DNA of 62,406 nt from an uncultured Hyphomicrobiales bacterium (GTDB taxonomy: Bacteria; Pseudomonadota; Alphaproteobacteria; Rhizobiales; Beijerinckiaceae): contig CAIUDK010000315.1 of assembly GCA_903897875.1 (NCBI GenBank), positions 1 to 62,406 of the forward strand. Direction: 5' to 3'. How positions within the stretch are numbered: position 1 is the first letter of the stretch; each line of letters starts with the position of its first letter. The notes under the pieces were generated by a model. The model did not search any database. It was not told the origin of the DNA and saw only the letters and a program-made list of their open reading frames with translations. Below are positions 39,774 to 52,618 of the stretch, piece by piece. A program made the translations under genes and the position numbers.

Positions 39774-41231
39774 ATGACTTCCATCTTCGTCACAGACAAA
39801 GAGCTCGCCTCCAGCAAAAAATCATCTGCGCAATCGACGCCGATTCCGATTTGGTTCGTCACGCCGCAGAACTGGTCGCAGATACAAAAAAAGCTCTCCA
39901 AAGCCGCCGCAGCTTTTGCTGATGCACTGGGCTTTGAACCAAAGTCGGGGCGTCATGCGCTCTTACCTTCCGGCAATGGTGCGATTGAAGCGGTTGTGTT
40001 TGGTGTGGAGGCAGAGGGTGCAGATTGGCGCGATCCGTTTTTGGTAGGCAAGCTTGTCTCGCTGTTGCAGCCGGGTATGTATTGTTTCGCCAATTCGGCT
40101 GGAAGTCATGCGCAGGCTGATGAATTGGCCGCAATGGCGTGGGCTTTGTCGGCCTATCGTTTCACACATTACAAAGCTAAGGGCGCAGCCTTTCCGCGTC
40201 TTGTTTTGCCCAAGGGTGTTGACGCAGCGCGCATTGAAAATTGCGTGCAGGCCAGTCATGCCGCGCGTGATCTCATCAACACGCCCGCCAACGATATGGG
40301 GCCAGACGCATTAGAAGCCGCGGTCGTCAAACTCGCCAAGCGCTTTGATGCCAAGATTCATATCGTGCGCGGCGATGCACTTTTGAAAAAGAATTTTCCG
40401 CTCATTCACGCAGTGGGTCGCGCGGCATCGCAAGAGCCGCGTCTGGTTGAATTCACATGGGGCGCCGCCAAACATCCCAAAGTGACACTTGTTGGTAAGG
40501 GCGTGTGCTTTGACACGGGCGGTCTCGACATCAAGCCCGGTAGCGCCATGTTGCTGATGAAAAAAGATATGGCTGGAGCAGCTACAGCGCTGGCGCTGGC
40601 GCAAATGGTGATGACAGCAAAATTGCCAGTGCGTTTGCGCGTGCTTGTGCCCATTGTTGAAAACGCCATTGCTGGCGATGCTTTCCGTCCCGGTGACATC
40701 TATCCAAGCCGTAAAGGCTTGAGTGTGGAAATCGGCAATACGGATGCCGAAGGTCGTTTGATTTTGGCAGATGCTTTGGCGCTTGCCGATGATGAAGCGC
40801 CAGAATTGATGTTTGACTTTGCCACTTTGACAGGTGCGGCGCGCGTGGCGCTCGGGCCAGACCTGCCGCCCTTCTATACAAATGATGAGGGGCTTGCGGC
40901 CGCTATTGGGAGCCATGGCACAAAGGTGAATGATCCCGTGTGGCGTCTGCCATTGTGGCAGCCTTACGATCAATGGTTGGATGGAAAAATTTCCACGCTG
41001 AACAATGTCACGCCCGGTCCGTTTGCAGGTTCGATCACAGCGGCGCTGTTTCTCAAGCGCTTTGTCACGCAGACAAAGGCGTGGGCGCATTTTGATATTT
41101 ATGGTTGGTCGCCGACTGCAAAGCCGGGCCGTCCTGAGGGCGGTGATCCTCAAACAGCGCGTCTGTTGTTCGATCTGCTCTCGCAGCGCTTTGCTGCTAA
41201 AGCTCCCAAGGCAAAAGTCAGCAAAGCTTAA
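39774..41231 (+). CDS. Leucyl aminopeptidase (M17 family)
   Basis: GKGVCFDTGG, MKKDM, NTDAEGRL and ATLTGA. Confidence 0.93.
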   Translation: MTSIFVTDKELASSKKSSAQSTPIPIWFVTPQNWSQIQKKLSKAAAAFADALGFEPKSGRHALLPSGNGAIEAVVFGVEAEGADWRDPFLVGKLVSLLQPGMYCFANSAGSHAQADELAAMAWALSAYRFTHYKAKGAAFPRLVLPKGVDAARIENCVQASHAARDLINTPANDMGPDALEAAVVKLAKRFDAKIHIVRGDALLKKNFPLIHAVGRAASQEPRLVEFTWGAAKHPKVTLVGKGVCFDTGGLDIKPGSAMLLMKKDMAGAATALALAQMVMTAKLPVRLRVLVPIVENAIAGDAFRPGDIYPSRKGLSVEIGNTDAEGRLILADALALADDEAPELMFDFATLTGAARVALGPDLPPFYTNDEGLAAAIGSHGTKVNDPVWRLPLWQPYDQWLDGKISTLNNVTPGPFAGSITAALFLKRFVTQTKAWAHFDIYGWSPTAKPGRPEGGDPQTARLLFDLLSQRFAAKAPKAKVSKA

Positions 41232-41349
41232 GAGCTGTGCGTTTTTATGATTGGGGCTTGTAGAGAAACACTTGCTAAGCACGACGTGACGCGCAAAAAC
41301 AGAGCGCGTCATTTTTTCATCCCTTGCGTGAGTTTGCCGAGCACATTCG

Positions 41350-41742
41350 ATGGCCATTGACCTGAAATCCGACGAAGCATTGAAGCTTCTCCACGAAGTG
41401 TCCTTGGGGCTTGTCCGCGAGGCTAAGGTTGATGTCGTGGATGGCGCTGATGTGGTGCCTGATTTCACATTGCGCCAAATCGCCATTCTGTTGACCGTCT
41501 ATCTTGAGCAGCCGCCCCATACGGTGCGGGGGCTCGCGCAAAAGCTTGGCGTCACCAAGCCGGTGATTACGCGCGCGCTGGATTCCATGGGCAAGATGGC
41601 GATTATTTCACGCCGCCGCGATGAGGCGGATCGGCGCAATGTGATCATTCAGCGCACGGTCAAAGGCGCGCTCTATTTGGAGACGCTGGGCGATCTTGTG
41701 GTCGCAAAAGCCAGCAAAATTCCAGCATCCCCGGTGAGGTAA
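41350..41742 (+). CDS. MarR family transcriptional regulator
   Basis: TVRGLAQKLGVTKPVITRALD and DEADRR wing. Confidence 0.88.
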   Translation: MAIDLKSDEALKLLHEVSLGLVREAKVDVVDGADVVPDFTLRQIAILLTVYLEQPPHTVRGLAQKLGVTKPVITRALDSMGKMAIISRRRDEADRRNVIIQRTVKGALYLETLGDLVVAKASKIPASPVR

Positions 41743-41746
41743 TGTT

Positions 41747-42595
41747 TTGACACGCGATCGTCGCCTGACCCCTGCGCGCCCTGATCTGGCCGCTGACCAT
41801 CTGCAAGGTCAGGTGCAGGCCGCGCGCTTTGCCCCGCCAAAAGTGCAGATCGTGCAGCATTCCGTTGCCAATCTTCAGCAGGCCCCCATTCCCGATGCGC
41901 CGCTCGATACCCAAGCTTTGTTTGGCGAGGAAGTTTGGATTTATGAGCAAGAGGAGGGTTGGGCCTGGGGCCAGCTCAAGCGCGATCATTATGTCGGCTT
42001 TTTGCCTGATGTGAGCCTTGGTGCGAAGACGTGCGAGCCCACCCATCAGGTCTGCGTGCCGCTCACCTTTCTCTACCCCGCGCCCAATATCAAACTGCCC
42101 GTTGAAATGTCGCTGCCCATGGGCGCGCGCGTTCATTGCGTGTCGATTGAAGGGGATTTTGCCCGTCTCGACCAGCTTGGCTTTGTCTGGGCCGCGCATT
42201 TGAGCCCGGTGGATGTGTTTGCGTCCGATTTTGTGAGCGTGGCGGAGCAGTTTCTGGGCGCGCCCTATTTATGGGGTGGCCGGACGATTGGCGGCATCGA
42301 CTGTTCGGGCCTCGTGCAGACGGCTTTGGCTGCCGCGGGCATCTTTGCGCCACGCGACACCGATATGCAGCAGGCGGCGCTTGGTGTTGAGCTTAAGGGC
42401 ATAGCAGAGCAGGGCGAGCTAAAGCGCGGCGATCTGATCTTCTGGAAAGGCCATGTGGGCATTATGCGCGATGCGCAAACCCTGCTGCACGCCAATGGTC
42501 ATCACATGCTGGTGGTCAGCGAGCCTTTGCAGGTGGCGGCCGCACGTATTCTGGCCAAGACGGGTGCCGACATCGCCTCTATTCGCCGGCTATAA
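41747..42595 (+). CDS. NlpC/P60 (C40) peptidase with SH3-like domains
   Basis: PYLWGG, DCSGLVQ and [11 protein letters not shown]. Confidence 0.92.
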   Translation: MTRDRRLTPARPDLAADHLQGQVQAARFAPPKVQIVQHSVANLQQAPIPDAPLDTQALFGEEVWIYEQEEGWAWGQLKRDHYVGFLPDVSLGAKTCEPTHQVCVPLTFLYPAPNIKLPVEMSLPMGARVHCVSIEGDFARLDQLGFVWAAHLSPVDVFASDFVSVAEQFLGAPYLWGGRTIGGIDCSGLVQTALAAAGIFAPRDTDMQQAALGVELKGIAEQGELKRGDLIFWKGHVGIMRDAQTLLHANGHHMLVVSEPLQVAAARILAKTGADIASIRRL

Positions 42596-42672
42596 TACAC
42601 GCTCTATTTGACGCCGCCCGCCGCGATGCTTATCTCGTGTCCTGCGCGCACTCACCATCATCGAGTAATTTT

Positions 42673-43224
42673 ATGGCCCTTCGTCCCATCATCATTCTTC
42701 CCGATTCCCGCCTACGCACCATGTCCGAGCCCGTCGCTCGCGTGGATGCTGCCATCCGCACCTTGATGGATGACATGATGGAAACGATGTATGAGGCGCC
42801 CGGCATTGGCTTGGCGGCCATTCAGATCGCTGTGCCCCAGCGCGTTGTGGTGATTGATGTGGCCAAAGAGGGCGATGCGCCTGAGCCTTTGTTTATCGCC
42901 AATCCTGAAATTCTTTGGTCGTCGCCAGAGATCGGCACCTATGAAGAGGGCTGCCTGTCGATCCCCGATTATTATGCTGAGGTGAAGCGCCCGGCCAAAA
43001 TTGGCGTGCGCTTTTTGGACCGCGACAACAATGTGGTTGAGCGCGAAGTGGATGGCCTGTTAGCAACCTGTATCCAACACGAGATTGACCATCTCAATGG
43101 CGTTTTGTTCATCGATCATATTTCGCGCTTGAAGCGTGAGCGCGTCACCAAGAAATTCGCTAAGGCCGCAAAGTTTGCTGGTGACTACGAAGAGGTTGCG
43201 CCAGCCACCAAAGCTCAGGACTAA
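42673..43224 (+). CDS. def: Peptide deformylase
   Basis: [13 protein letters not shown] and QHEIDHLNG. Confidence 0.96.
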   Translation: MALRPIIILPDSRLRTMSEPVARVDAAIRTLMDDMMETMYEAPGIGLAAIQIAVPQRVVVIDVAKEGDAPEPLFIANPEILWSSPEIGTYEEGCLSIPDYYAEVKRPAKIGVRFLDRDNNVVEREVDGLLATCIQHEIDHLNGVLFIDHISRLKRERVTKKFAKAAKFAGDYEEVAPATKAQD

Positions 43225-43226
43225 TC

Positions 43227-44153
43227 ATGCGCGTGATCTTCATGGGCACGCCAGATTTTGCTGTGCCCGTTCTCACAGAAATTTTGGGCCAAGGCCATGA
43301 GGTCTGCGCCGTCTATACGCGCGCGCCCAAGCCCGCTGGTCGCGGCATGGAGATGAAGCTCTCGCCCGTTCATCAATTGGCTGAGCGTTTTGGTATTCCC
43401 GTTCATACGCCCAAAAATTTCCGTGATGAGGCCGAGGTGGCGCAGTTTGCCAGCTATGAGGCCGATGTTGCTGTTGTTGTGGCCTATGGCATTATTCTGC
43501 CCAAAACCATTCTCGATCTGCCCCATGAAGGTTGTTTGAATCTGCATGGCTCTTTGTTGCCGCGTTGGCGGGGTGCTGCTCCCATTCAGCGCGCCATTAT
43601 GGCGGGCGATCACGAGAGCGGCGTCATGGTCATGCGCATGGATGAGGGGCTTGATACGGGCCCCATCGCCATGGCCGAACGCGTCACGATCACGCCTGAG
43701 ATGAATGCGGCCGAATTGCATGATCGTCTGTCACCCATTGGTGCTGATTTGATGGTGCGTGCTCTGGCGGCTTTGTCGCGTGGCTCACTCAACTTTGTGC
43801 CCCAATCTGAATTGGGTGTGGTTTACGCGCATAAAATTGAAAAAGCCGAAGCGCGCATCAATTGGAACCAGCCAGCCCAAGATGTTTACAATCATCTGCG
43901 TGGCCTCTCGCCATTTCCCGGCGCGTTTTTTGAAGTGGATTTGGGCCGCGGGCCAGAGCGCATCAAAGTCTTGCGTGCACGTCTTGCAAAGGGTTCGGGT
44001 AAGGCTGGCAGTGTGTTGGATGAGGCGCTCACGATTGCGTGCGATGAGGGTGCCATTCAAGTGTTAGAAGTGCAGCGTGCAGGCAAAGGGCCAATGCTGG
44101 CCGCTGATTTCTTGCGCGGCACAAAGATTTCTCCTCAGACACAATTGCTCTGA
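43227..44153 (+). CDS. fmt: Methionyl-tRNA formyltransferase
   Basis: FMGTPDFA and [19 protein letters not shown]. Confidence 0.96.
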   Translation: MRVIFMGTPDFAVPVLTEILGQGHEVCAVYTRAPKPAGRGMEMKLSPVHQLAERFGIPVHTPKNFRDEAEVAQFASYEADVAVVVAYGIILPKTILDLPHEGCLNLHGSLLPRWRGAAPIQRAIMAGDHESGVMVMRMDEGLDTGPIAMAERVTITPEMNAAELHDRLSPIGADLMVRALAALSRGSLNFVPQSELGVVYAHKIEKAEARINWNQPAQDVYNHLRGLSPFPGAFFEVDLGRGPERIKVLRARLAKGSGKAGSVLDEALTIACDEGAIQVLEVQRAGKGPMLAADFLRGTKISPQTQLL

Positions 44154-44890
44154 TGGTCCGCTACAAACTCATCATCGAATATGATGGCCGCCCCTATGTC
44201 GGCTGGCAGCGCCAATCTGATGCGCCCTCTGTGCAGCAATCGATTGAAGGCGCGATCTTCAAATTATGTGGCGAGGAATGTTATGTGACTGGGGCAGGGC
44301 GCACCGACACGGGTGTGCACGCGACAGGTCAGGTCGGCCATGTCGATCTGCCGCGTTGGTATCGTCCCGACACAGTGCGCGATGGATTGAATGCGCTGCT
44401 AGTGCCCCATCCCATTGCCATCATCAGCGCGGAAGAACGCCAAGATGGTTTTGATGCGCGCTTTTCTGCCAAGCGCAGACATTACGTCTATCGCATTTTG
44501 AATCGTCGTGCGCCGCCAGCCATGGCGCAAGGTTTTGTGTGGCACATCAAGCGCGCCCTCGATGCCGATGCCATGCACGCAGCCGCGCAACAATTGGTCG
44601 GCCATCACGATTTCTCCACCTTCCGCGATTCCGATTGTCAGGCCAATAGCCCCATGCGCACGCTTGATCAGATCGAAGTTGTGCGCATTGGTGATGTGAT
44701 TGAAATTCGCACCAGCGCACAATCGTTTCTGCATCGCCAAGTGCGCTCCATGGTCGGTTCACTCGAACATGTGGGTTCAGGCAAATGGGATGCGGCCGAT
44801 CTATGGCGCATTTTCCAATCACGCGAACGCGCAGCCTGCGGCACAGTGGCCCCACCCGATGGGCTGTGTTTGGTGCATGTGGATTATTGA
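44153..44890 (+). CDS. truA: tRNA pseudouridine(38-40) synthase
   Basis: EYDG, GAGRTDTGVHATGQ and FLHRQVRSMVG. Confidence 0.96.
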   Translation: MVRYKLIIEYDGRPYVGWQRQSDAPSVQQSIEGAIFKLCGEECYVTGAGRTDTGVHATGQVGHVDLPRWYRPDTVRDGLNALLVPHPIAIISAEERQDGFDARFSAKRRHYVYRILNRRAPPAMAQGFVWHIKRALDADAMHAAAQQLVGHHDFSTFRDSDCQANSPMRTLDQIEVVRIGDVIEIRTSAQSFLHRQVRSMVGSLEHVGSGKWDAADLWRIFQSRERAACGTVAPPDGLCLVHVDY

Positions 44891-44935
44891 GTGGTGTTGT
44901 CTAAAGACTTCAATGTTGGCGGATGACAATCGGCC

Positions 44936-46087
44936 CTAAAAATAAGCACCCAACACACGCGCATAAATCGCCGTGAGCTTTGCCAGATCATCAACTGGCG
45001 TGCACTCATCCACTGCATGCATGGTCTTGCCCACAAGGCCAAATTCCACCACGGGACAAAAGGCTTGGATGAAGCGCGCGTCGGATGTGCCGCCCGTTGT
45101 GGAGAGCGTTGGGCGCTGGCCCGTCTCGGCCTCAATGGCACCCGCCATCAAATCCACAAATGCGCCGGGCTGTGTGAGAAACGACACCGCATTGGTGGGA
45201 TCGAACGTCAGGCTATAGCGTGCAGAACCCGCCGCCCGCGCCAAACGTGTTTCAATCTCTTGGCGCAAAGTGTCGGGCGTCCAAACGTCGTTGAAGCGAA
45301 TGTTGAACGTCGCTTGCGCTTGGGCTGGAATGACATTGGTGGCTGGGTTGCCAACATCTAGCGTTGTGATTGCAAGGCTAGAGGGATCAAAATGCTGCGT
45401 GCCATCATCAAGCGGAGAGGCCAGCAAAGCCGCGCACAAACGCACGATGTGATGGACGGGATTATCGGCCAAATGCGGATAGCCGACATGGCCTTGCTTG
45501 CCGTGCACAACCAATCGGCCCGTGAGTGAACCGCGTCGGCCAATCTTCATCATATCGCCGATGCGCTCGACATTGGTTGGCTCACCCAAAATGCAATGAT
45601 CGAAAATCTCGCCGCGCGCTTTGGCCCATTCCAATAGCTTGATTGTGCCATTGATGGCGGGGCCTTCTTCATCACCCGTGATGAGAAAACCAATCGAGCC
45701 TTTGAAGGATGCGCTTTTTACAAACGCCAACACAGCCGCAATCGAGGCTGCTAATCCGCCCTTCATATCAACCGCGCCGCGCCCCCATAATTGGCCATCC
45801 GACACATCGCCAGAAAACGGATCGGCACGCCATGCACCCACGTCACCCGCAGGCACCACATCCGTGTGACCTGCAAAGACGAGATAGGGTGCATCTGTGC
45901 CAATGCGCGCATAGAGATTGGGAATGTCAGGCGTGTTGGGCGCGCTAAACACTATTTTTTGCGTGGTAAAGCCAGCCTCTTTTAGCCAGCCTTCAATCAA
46001 TCCCAGCGCTCCAGCATCATGCGGCGTCACTGACGGGCAGCGAATAAGCGCCTGCGCAATGTCCAGAGCGGTAGGAGTGTTAGGCAT
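44936..46087 (-). CDS. dapE: Succinyl-diaminopimelate desuccinylase
   Basis: [22 protein letters not shown] and GGTSDARFI. Confidence 0.95.
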   Translation of the reverse strand: MPNTPTALDIAQALIRCPSVTPHDAGALGLIEGWLKEAGFTTQKIVFSAPNTPDIPNLYARIGTDAPYLVFAGHTDVVPAGDVGAWRADPFSGDVSDGQLWGRGAVDMKGGLAASIAAVLAFVKSASFKGSIGFLITGDEEGPAINGTIKLLEWAKARGEIFDHCILGEPTNVERIGDMMKIGRRGSLTGRLVVHGKQGHVGYPHLADNPVHHIVRLCAALLASPLDDGTQHFDPSSLAITTLDVGNPATNVIPAQAQATFNIRFNDVWTPDTLRQEIETRLARAAGSARYSLTFDPTNAVSFLTQPGAFVDLMAGAIEAETGQRPTLSTTGGTSDARFIQAFCPVVEFGLVGKTMHAVDECTPVDDLAKLTAIYARVLGAYF

Positions 46088-46598
46088 CGTCCACGCTCCG
46101 TGACGAGGACAGAGTGATGCCTGTCCAAATGATGCAAGCAATCAGCAAGACATCGAGCGCCCAGACAAACCATTCTGGCAAGAATTCAGCGATTTGTGGC
46201 TGCACCCAATGGGCCGCACCTGTCACCAAAGCCAGAAACGGAATGAGGCCAGCCAGTGCTGGCTTGAGGCCACGATCACGAAAGCGCTTGGCGCTGAGAT
46301 TGTAGAACGAGATGGACGCCAGCAGCACCACTTCGGTGTAGATGAACAGATAGGCAAAGACAGCAATCGTCACGCCATCGAGCAGCGGGCGCTCACTCAG
46401 TCCACGATGCGCCCATGGTGAAATCGCAATCCAGATGGCGGTCATCACAACAAGTGTGACAACCATCAGCGAAGTTGCGCGTCCCCATGTGCCAGCATCA
46501 ATCCGCCCCTTGTCCGAGCGAAACAGAAAATAGAAACGGCTTCTCTCTTCTGGTGCAGCTGCAGTCGGTGTTTCTGGCTGTTCGTTGGCGTTGGTCAT
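46080..46598 (-). CDS. DUF805-like membrane protein
   Basis: KGRI start and AKRFRDRG motif, four hydrophobic segments. Confidence 0.7.
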   Translation of the reverse strand: MTNANEQPETPTAAAPEERSRFYFLFRSDKGRIDAGTWGRATSLMVVTLVVMTAIWIAISPWAHRGLSERPLLDGVTIAVFAYLFIYTEVVLLASISFYNLSAKRFRDRGLKPALAGLIPFLALVTGAAHWVQPQIAEFLPEWFVWALDVLLIACIIWTGITLSSSRSVDDA

Positions 46599-47461
46599 TA
46601 GTCCCTCAAAAGCTCGTTGATGCCGGTCTTTGAGCGCGTCTGCGCATCAACCGTCTTGACGATCACAGCGCAATAGAGCGAGGGACCCGGAGTGCCATCA
46701 GGCAAAGGCTTGCCAGGCAGATTGCCCGACACAACAACAGAATAGGGCGGCACATAGCCAACGTGAACAGCGCCGGTGTTGCGATCGATAATTTTTGTTG
46801 ATGAGCTGATGAACACGCCCATGGCAAGCACAGCACCTTCACCCACCACAACGCCTTCAACCACTTCGGAGCGCGCGCCGATAAAGCAATTGTCTTCGAT
46901 GATGGTTGGGTTGGCCTGCAAAGGCTCCAACACGCCACCAATGCCAACGCCGCCTGACAGATGCACATTCTTGCCGATCTGCGCACAGCTGCCCACAGTC
47001 GCCCATGTATCAACCATCGTGCCGGTGTCGACATAGGCGCCAAGGTTCACAAACGACGGCATCAAGATCACGCCGGGTGCTACATAGGCCGAGCGACGCA
47101 CCACGCAATTGGGCACTGAGCGGAAGCCAGCGGCGGCATGGTCGGCTGCACTCCAGCCGTCAAACTTGGAAGGCACTTTGTCCCACCATGTTGAGCCGCC
47201 CGGACCACCGGAAATTTCTGCCATATCATTGAGGCGGAACGACAACAGCACGGCCTTCTTGAGCCATTGATTGACGCTCCAAGATGCCACGCCGGTGGCA
47301 CCCGGAATCTTCTGGGCCACACGCACCTTGCCGCCATCGAGCAGATGCAACGCCTCGTTCACAGCGTCGCGCACTTCGCCCTTGGTCGCAGCGGTCACAT
47401 TGTTGCGATCTTCAAAGGCGGCGTTGATGATGGTTTCTAGCTGGGCGAGGGAATGGGCCAT
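46598..47461 (-). CDS. dapD: Tetrahydrodipicolinate N-succinyltransferase
   Basis: [11 protein letters not shown], hexapeptide repeats and [10 protein letters not shown]. Confidence 0.97.
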   Translation of the reverse strand: MAHSLAQLETIINAAFEDRNNVTAATKGEVRDAVNEALHLLDGGKVRVAQKIPGATGVASWSVNQWLKKAVLLSFRLNDMAEISGGPGGSTWWDKVPSKFDGWSAADHAAAGFRSVPNCVVRRSAYVAPGVILMPSFVNLGAYVDTGTMVDTWATVGSCAQIGKNVHLSGGVGIGGVLEPLQANPTIIEDNCFIGARSEVVEGVVVGEGAVLAMGVFISSSTKIIDRNTGAVHVGYVPPYSVVVSGNLPGKPLPDGTPGPSLYCAVIVKTVDAQTRSKTGINELLRD

Positions 47462-47522
47462 GTTTTTTCTTTCTCGGCTATGAATTATGTGAGGAGAGCT
47501 TTTGACGTGTGGGGCGCTTGTG

Positions 47523-48302
47523 TCAAGCCGTTGGGGCGTCTGTCTGGAGTGCGCTCAAGAAGCCTTCCAGATCATGGGTCACAAAATCCACATGGGCCGC
47601 CTGTGGGCCATCCTGTGAGGCTTTGATCTCCCATGCCTCGCGGTGATCCTTGTGGCCGGTCTGGGGCACAATCAGCGTCGTCACCATGCCATGGGCGTGG
47701 GGTACCACCAGATTGTGGGAAATATCTTCAAACATAGCGGCGCGGGTGGGATCAACGCCGTGCTTATCGAAAAAGCGCAGATAGGTGGCAGCTTCGGGCT
47801 TTGGCACCAGATCGGCTGAGACAATATCGAAAATGTCTTCGAAATATTCGTCAATGCCAAGCTTTTGGGCGGTGCGCAGCGCATGGTCGCGCGTGCCATT
47901 GGTCAAAATCAGCCGCCGTCCGGGTAGCTTTGCAATGGCGTCGGCCAAGATTTGATTGGGCAGAATGGAGGAGCGGTCAATGTCGTGGACAAAGTCCAAG
48001 AACGCTTCCGGCCCCATATTGTGATCTTCCATCAACCCGCGCAGGGTCGTGCCATAGCGCTGATAATAGAATTTTTGGAGGGCGCGGGAGGACATGCCAT
48101 CCAGCCCCAGCATATTGGCCATGAACAGCGTGATGCGCGCATCAATCTTGGGCCAGAGATCGGAATGGGCTGGGTAGAGCGTGTTGTCGAGGTCGAACAC
48201 CCAAACATCAATATGGGCGAAGTTTTTGATGCCCGGCGCGGATTGTTTCAGCGCCGGGGCTTCAGTGTCTATGTGAGTTGGCTTTGTTGTAATGAGGCTC
48301 AC
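47523..48302 (-). CDS. Pyrimidine 5'-nucleotidase (HAD family)
   Basis: [18 protein letters not shown] and MFEDI. Confidence 0.9.
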   Translation of the reverse strand: MSLITTKPTHIDTEAPALKQSAPGIKNFAHIDVWVFDLDNTLYPAHSDLWPKIDARITLFMANMLGLDGMSSRALQKFYYQRYGTTLRGLMEDHNMGPEAFLDFVHDIDRSSILPNQILADAIAKLPGRRLILTNGTRDHALRTAQKLGIDEYFEDIFDIVSADLVPKPEAATYLRFFDKHGVDPTRAAMFEDISHNLVVPHAHGMVTTLIVPQTGHKDHREAWEIKASQDGPQAAHVDFVTHDLEGFLSALQTDAPTA

Positions 48303-48305
48303 CTA

Positions 48306-49226
48306 TCAGCGCGTAATCAGCGTGCCCGCACCGCCATCTGTCAGCAATTCCACCAGCACGGCATGCGGGGTTTTGCCATCAAGAATGACAACACCTTCGA
48401 CGCCTTGCTCAATCGCGTAGATGCAGGTCTCAACCTTCGGGATCATACCGCCGGTGATTGTGCCATCTGCGATGAGGGCATGAATGTCAGACACGCGTAG
48501 CTCTTTGATGAGTTCCTTGTTCTTGTCGAGTACGCCGGGCACATCGGTCAAAAACAACAAACGCTTGGCCTTCAATGCGCCTGCAATGGCACCTGCAAAG
48601 GTGTCGGCATTCACATTATAGGTCTCGCCATCCACGCCTTGCGCCACAGGGGCCAAGACAGGAATGAGCTCACGTCCCAGCACTTGATCGAGCACAGTGG
48701 TGTCAACCTTGGAAGGTTCACCCACAAAGCCAAGATCGACGTGCTTTTCAATCTGGGAGCCGGGATCAATCACGGTGCGTGTCGCCTTAACGGCGGTCAC
48801 CATATTGCCGTCCTTGCCGCACAGACCAATCGCGCGTCCACCCTCAGCATTGATAAAGCCGACGATCTGCTTGTTGATCGAGCCAGCCAAAACCATCTCG
48901 ACAATTTCCACAGTCGCACGGTCAGTGACACGCAGTCCTGCTTGAAATTCCGATTTGATGCCGAGCTTGGCGAGCATAGCGCCAATCTGCGGGCCGCCGC
49001 CATGCACCACCACAGGGTTGACGCCTGATTGCTCAAGCAAAACCATGTCGCGGGCAAAATCGCGCGCCACGTTTTCGTCGCCCATCGCATGGCCGCCATA
49101 TTTCACCACAACGATGGTCTCGTCATAGCGCAGCATATGGGGCAATGCCTGCATGAGAATCTCAGCCTGCTCTTGCGGGCTGCGTAGCTCTACTTTTGGC
49201 TTGTCCAAATCTTTTGTCTTGTTCAT
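48306..49226 (-). CDS. argB: Acetylglutamate kinase
   Basis: [20 protein letters not shown] and GGMIPKV. The ORF extends to 49280. Confidence 0.96.
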   Translation of the reverse strand: MNKTKDLDKPKVELRSPQEQAEILMQALPHMLRYDETIVVVKYGGHAMGDENVARDFARDMVLLEQSGVNPVVVHGGGPQIGAMLAKLGIKSEFQAGLRVTDRATVEIVEMVLAGSINKQIVGFINAEGGRAIGLCGKDGNMVTAVKATRTVIDPGSQIEKHVDLGFVGEPSKVDTTVLDQVLGRELIPVLAPVAQGVDGETYNVNADTFAGAIAGALKAKRLLFLTDVPGVLDKNKELIKELRVSDIHALIADGTITGGMIPKVETCIYAIEQGVEGVVILDGKTPHAVLVELLTDGGAGTLITR

Positions 49227-49276
49227 GGCGCTCTCGCTCCTGCTGCGCGCAGTTTTATCGTTTTGTGCCGTTAAGC

Positions 49277-49969
49277 TCAATGGCCGCGCTCGGCCATCAA
49301 ACGTGCAATGGCTGTCCGCAATTCGGGAATACCTTCACCCGTCTTGGACGAGGTGAAGATCACATGAGGGAAAGCAGCTGGGCGGCGCGCAAGGGCCAAC
49401 AGCGTGTCTTGCACGCGCTGCTCACGCTCAGAGATTTTAACTTCATCCAGCTTGGTGAGAATGACCTGATAAGAGGACGCGGACTTGTCCAACAGATCGA
49501 GCATTTCCTTGTCGGTGTCTTTAACGCCGTGGCGACCATCGATCAGCACAAACACGCGCGCTAGCGTCGAGCGCCCGCGCAGATAGGCGTGCATCAAGGT
49601 TGTCCAGCTGGAAATCTTGCCCTTGGAGGCAGCTGCATAGCCATAGCCGGGCATATCAACAAGGCGCAGGCGCTCGTTGGGAATCTCGGCAGCCAGGGCA
49701 AAGAAGTTGAGCTGTTGTGTGCGGCCCGGCGTGTTGGATGTGCGCGCCAAGGAATTGCGATTGGTGAGCGCATTGAGCAAGGACGATTTGCCCACATTCG
49801 AGCGACCGCTCATCGCAATCTCAAGCGCACCCATGGGCGGCAGATTGTCGATCTTGGACGCAGCCCAAAAGAAATCGCAATAGCCAGCAAACAGCAAGCG
49901 GCCGATCTCTGCAAAGTCAGGCTCAGGGGTAGCTTGGATTTCAGGTGCAGAGTTGGAATCGTTCGTCAC
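49277..49969 (-). CDS. engB: Ribosome biogenesis GTPase YihA/EngB
   Basis: [21 protein letters not shown] and TKLD. Confidence 0.95.
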   Translation of the reverse strand: MTNDSNSAPEIQATPEPDFAEIGRLLFAGYCDFFWAASKIDNLPPMGALEIAMSGRSNVGKSSLLNALTNRNSLARTSNTPGRTQQLNFFALAAEIPNERLRLVDMPGYGYAAASKGKISSWTTLMHAYLRGRSTLARVFVLIDGRHGVKDTDKEMLDLLDKSASSYQVILTKLDEVKISEREQRVQDTLLALARRPAAFPHVIFTSSKTGEGIPELRTAIARLMAERGH

Positions 49970-49995
49970 TTTTATCTCCGCACGCAGAACGCGTA

Positions 49996-50026
49996 AGCGC
50001 CATCACAGATGATCCGTGATGGCGCT
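49996..50026. other. Intergenic stem-loop between yidC and engB
   Basis: AGCGCCATCAC/GTGATGGCGCT perfect 11-bp inverted repeat. Confidence 0.5.
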
Positions 50027-50033
50027 GTTTGAT

Positions 50034-51869
50034 TTAGACCGCAGGCTTTTTGCGGCCCAAGAAGGTTGAGGCCAAATTGTCCCACAACTCGACCTTCACA
50101 CCAGCGCGACGCATGATGAAATATTGCTGCGTCACAGACAGAGTGTTGTTCCATGTCCAGTAGATCACCAAACCTGATGGGAACGAGCCCAGCATGAAGG
50201 TGAAGATCACAGGCATCCAAGCAAACATCTGTTGCTGAATGGGATCGGTTGGCTCTGGGTTCATCTTCATCTGAATGAACATGGTGACGCCCATGATGAT
50301 GGGCCAAATGCCCAGCACGAGGAAATGACCAATCAGAGGAATATGAGTTGGATCGAACGGGATCAGACCAAACAGAGTGAAGATGTTTGTTGGATCTGGT
50401 GCCGAGAGATCGTGGATCCAGCCAAAGAACGGTGCTTGGCGCATTTCAATGGTGATGAAGATCACTTTGTAGAGCGCAAAGAACACAGGGATCTGAATGA
50501 CGATTGGCAAACAGCCAGCAATCGGATTGATCTTCTCGCGCTTATAAAGCGCCATGATCTCTTCTTGCTGCTTTTGACGATCATCCGGGAAACGCTCTTT
50601 GATGAGCGCCATTTGGGGCTGAGCGGCTTTCATCTTGGCCATCGACAAATAGCTGCGATTGGCCAGTGGGAAGAAGGCAGCCTTGATCAGAACCGTGACG
50701 ATCATGATCGCAATGCCGAAGTTGCCGACATATTTATAGATCAGGTCGAGCAGGCTGAACAAAGGCTTGGTGATGAAGTAGAACCAGCCCCAATCAATCA
50801 TCAGATCGAAGTTCTGAATGCCCAAAGTTGTTTGATAGGCATCAATGGTTTGATTTTCCTTGGCACCAACGAACACGCGGGTGACATTGCTGAGCGTTCC
50901 GCCAGCTGCAACCGGCTGCTTATCGTCAAGGGCGATGGTTTGATAGGTTTTTGTACCCTCGCCGGACGATGAGAATGTTGCCTCTGTTGGTTCGTGTTGA
51001 TCAGGAATGATCGTCACAGCCCAATATTTATCGGTGAAGCCGAGCCAGCCTGCGTCGCCCTTGAGGATGCGCGTGGCTTTGGTTTCTTTCTCAATGGCGT
51101 CGTAGGTAATTTCCTGCACGCGTGAATTGCCGATGACACCGACAAATCCTTCATGGAGCACGGCATAGCCAGAGACGGCTGGCTTACCAATGCGCACAAC
51201 GCGGGCATAGGCGGACAGAGTGAGAGGCGCGCTCGTTGTGTTTTCAACGCGGTCGTCAATCGTGAACATATATTTGTCATCGACTGAGAAGGTGCGATGG
51301 AAAAGCAGACCCTTGCCATTGTCATAGGTCAGCGTGACAGGCTTTTCAGGTGTCAGCTTTGTGCCATCAGCCTTCCAGAGTGTCTCTGGTCCAGGCAGAA
51401 CGGTGACGGGTGCACCTTGTGGCGTGATGAAGCCTGTGCCCACGAGAAATGGGTGGGGCGCGGAAAATGGTGACAGCAGATCAATGTTTGGACTTTTAGG
51501 GTCCGTCGTCTCGCGGTAGCCCTTGAGCGAAATATCATCAAGGCGTCCGCCCTTCAGATTGATCGAACCGCGCAGGCTTGGAGTTTCGACGGTAATGCGC
51601 GGGCTATCTTGCAGGGCAGCTTCGCGGCTTTGTGTTGGTGGCAGCAAGGCCACATCACCTGTCGCAATTGCGTTACTGTGTGGCTCGCTCACAGACGGAG
51701 TGATGGGCGCACCGGTGGGCGCTGGTGGACTGGCTTCCGTGGTCAGGCGCGTTTGCGTCTGCTTTGCCTTTTCCATCTGCGGGGTGCTGTAGAAATAATT
51801 CCAGCCCACAATCACCAGCAAGGAAAGGCCCATGGCCACGAAAAGATTCTTGTGGTCGTCGCTCATCAT
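50034..51869 (-). CDS. yidC: Membrane protein insertase YidC
   Basis: [27 protein letters not shown] and [10 protein letters not shown]. Confidence 0.96.
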   Translation of the reverse strand: MMSDDHKNLFVAMGLSLLVIVGWNYFYSTPQMEKAKQTQTRLTTEASPPAPTGAPITPSVSEPHSNAIATGDVALLPPTQSREAALQDSPRITVETPSLRGSINLKGGRLDDISLKGYRETTDPKSPNIDLLSPFSAPHPFLVGTGFITPQGAPVTVLPGPETLWKADGTKLTPEKPVTLTYDNGKGLLFHRTFSVDDKYMFTIDDRVENTTSAPLTLSAYARVVRIGKPAVSGYAVLHEGFVGVIGNSRVQEITYDAIEKETKATRILKGDAGWLGFTDKYWAVTIIPDQHEPTEATFSSSGEGTKTYQTIALDDKQPVAAGGTLSNVTRVFVGAKENQTIDAYQTTLGIQNFDLMIDWGWFYFITKPLFSLLDLIYKYVGNFGIAIMIVTVLIKAAFFPLANRSYLSMAKMKAAQPQMALIKERFPDDRQKQQEEIMALYKREKINPIAGCLPIVIQIPVFFALYKVIFITIEMRQAPFFGWIHDLSAPDPTNIFTLFGLIPFDPTHIPLIGHFLVLGIWPIIMGVTMFIQMKMNPEPTDPIQQQMFAWMPVIFTFMLGSFPSGLVIYWTWNNTLSVTQQYFIMRRAGVKVELWDNLASTFLGRKKPAV

Positions 51870-52438
51870 ATCTTGGCCTGATCTCTATCTGGCGTGGCCA
51901 ATGTTGGCCCCGCAGGGGAAAGGGGTGTCTCGATCTGCGTCTGGCTCCGCTGGCCCTTGGCAGCGCTCCGATGATGAGGAGCGCCGTTGGGCTTGGGAGC
52001 GTGGAGTTTCGTAAAAGTCTTTATCAGGTTGGAGCACAAAACAGCAAAGGGTTCTGTGAGGGCTTCTGGCCGCCCCAAGATCACATAATCATAATTTGTC
52101 TGGGCCGCAGCCCCCGCATGCAAACGCACAGCTTCTTTGAGTCGGCGCCGGATACGGTTTCGTACAACAGAGTTTCCTGTCTTTTTCGTGACAGTATACC
52201 CAATCCGAGGAGGCACAGGAGTCGGGAGGGCCCGTTGTGCGTCTGCAGAGCGGGTGACGGCAGCGGCTTGCAATGTGAAGCCGCGTCCATGGGCGCGACG
52301 GCCTTGGCCCACACGCACAAACTCGGCCCGCTTTTTCAAGCGACCGAGTTCAGTCGTTTTAAGGATGTCAGGAGAGTCGGATCCAGAGGTCGCTGACGCT
52401 TGTGGCGTGCTGATCTGGCTTTTCACGTCCTCGCCCAC
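51866..52438 (-). CDS. rnpA: Ribonuclease P protein component (with terminal extensions; start uncertain)
   Basis: RLKKRAEF and [25 protein letters not shown]. Lies between rpmH and yidC. Confidence 0.92.
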   Translation of the reverse strand: MGEDVKSQISTPQASATSGSDSPDILKTTELGRLKKRAEFVRVGQGRRAHGRGFTLQAAAVTRSADAQRALPTPVPPRIGYTVTKKTGNSVVRNRIRRRLKEAVRLHAGAAAQTNYDYVILGRPEALTEPFAVLCSNLIKTFTKLHAPKPNGAPHHRSAAKGQRSQTQIETPLSPAGPTLATPDRDQAKI

Positions 52439-52483
52439 TAATGCCTCGCAGCCTGAGGGAAACCCTCGTGCGTGGTAAAGGAG

Positions 52484-52618
52484 TTAGGCTGACAGGCGCT
52501 TGCGGCCACGTGCGCGGCGCGCTGCGATGACCCGGCGGCCACCAACGGTTGCCATGCGCGAGCGAAAGCCATGACGGCGCTTACGCACGATCTTGCTGGG
52601 TTGATAAGTCCGCTTCAC
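52484..52618 (-). CDS. rpmH: 50S ribosomal protein L34
   Basis: GTG start, [44 protein letters not shown]. Not in the ORF track. Confidence 0.97.
   Translation of the reverse strand: MKRTYQPSKIVRKRRHGFRSRMATVGGRRVIAARRARGRKRLSA

Noticed and set aside
40311-41486. 391-aa minus strand ORF
   Set aside because: Antisense to the aminopeptidase and MarR genes; no domain features.
50232-52396. 246-aa and 223-aa + strand ORFs
   Set aside because: Antisense to yidC and rnpA.
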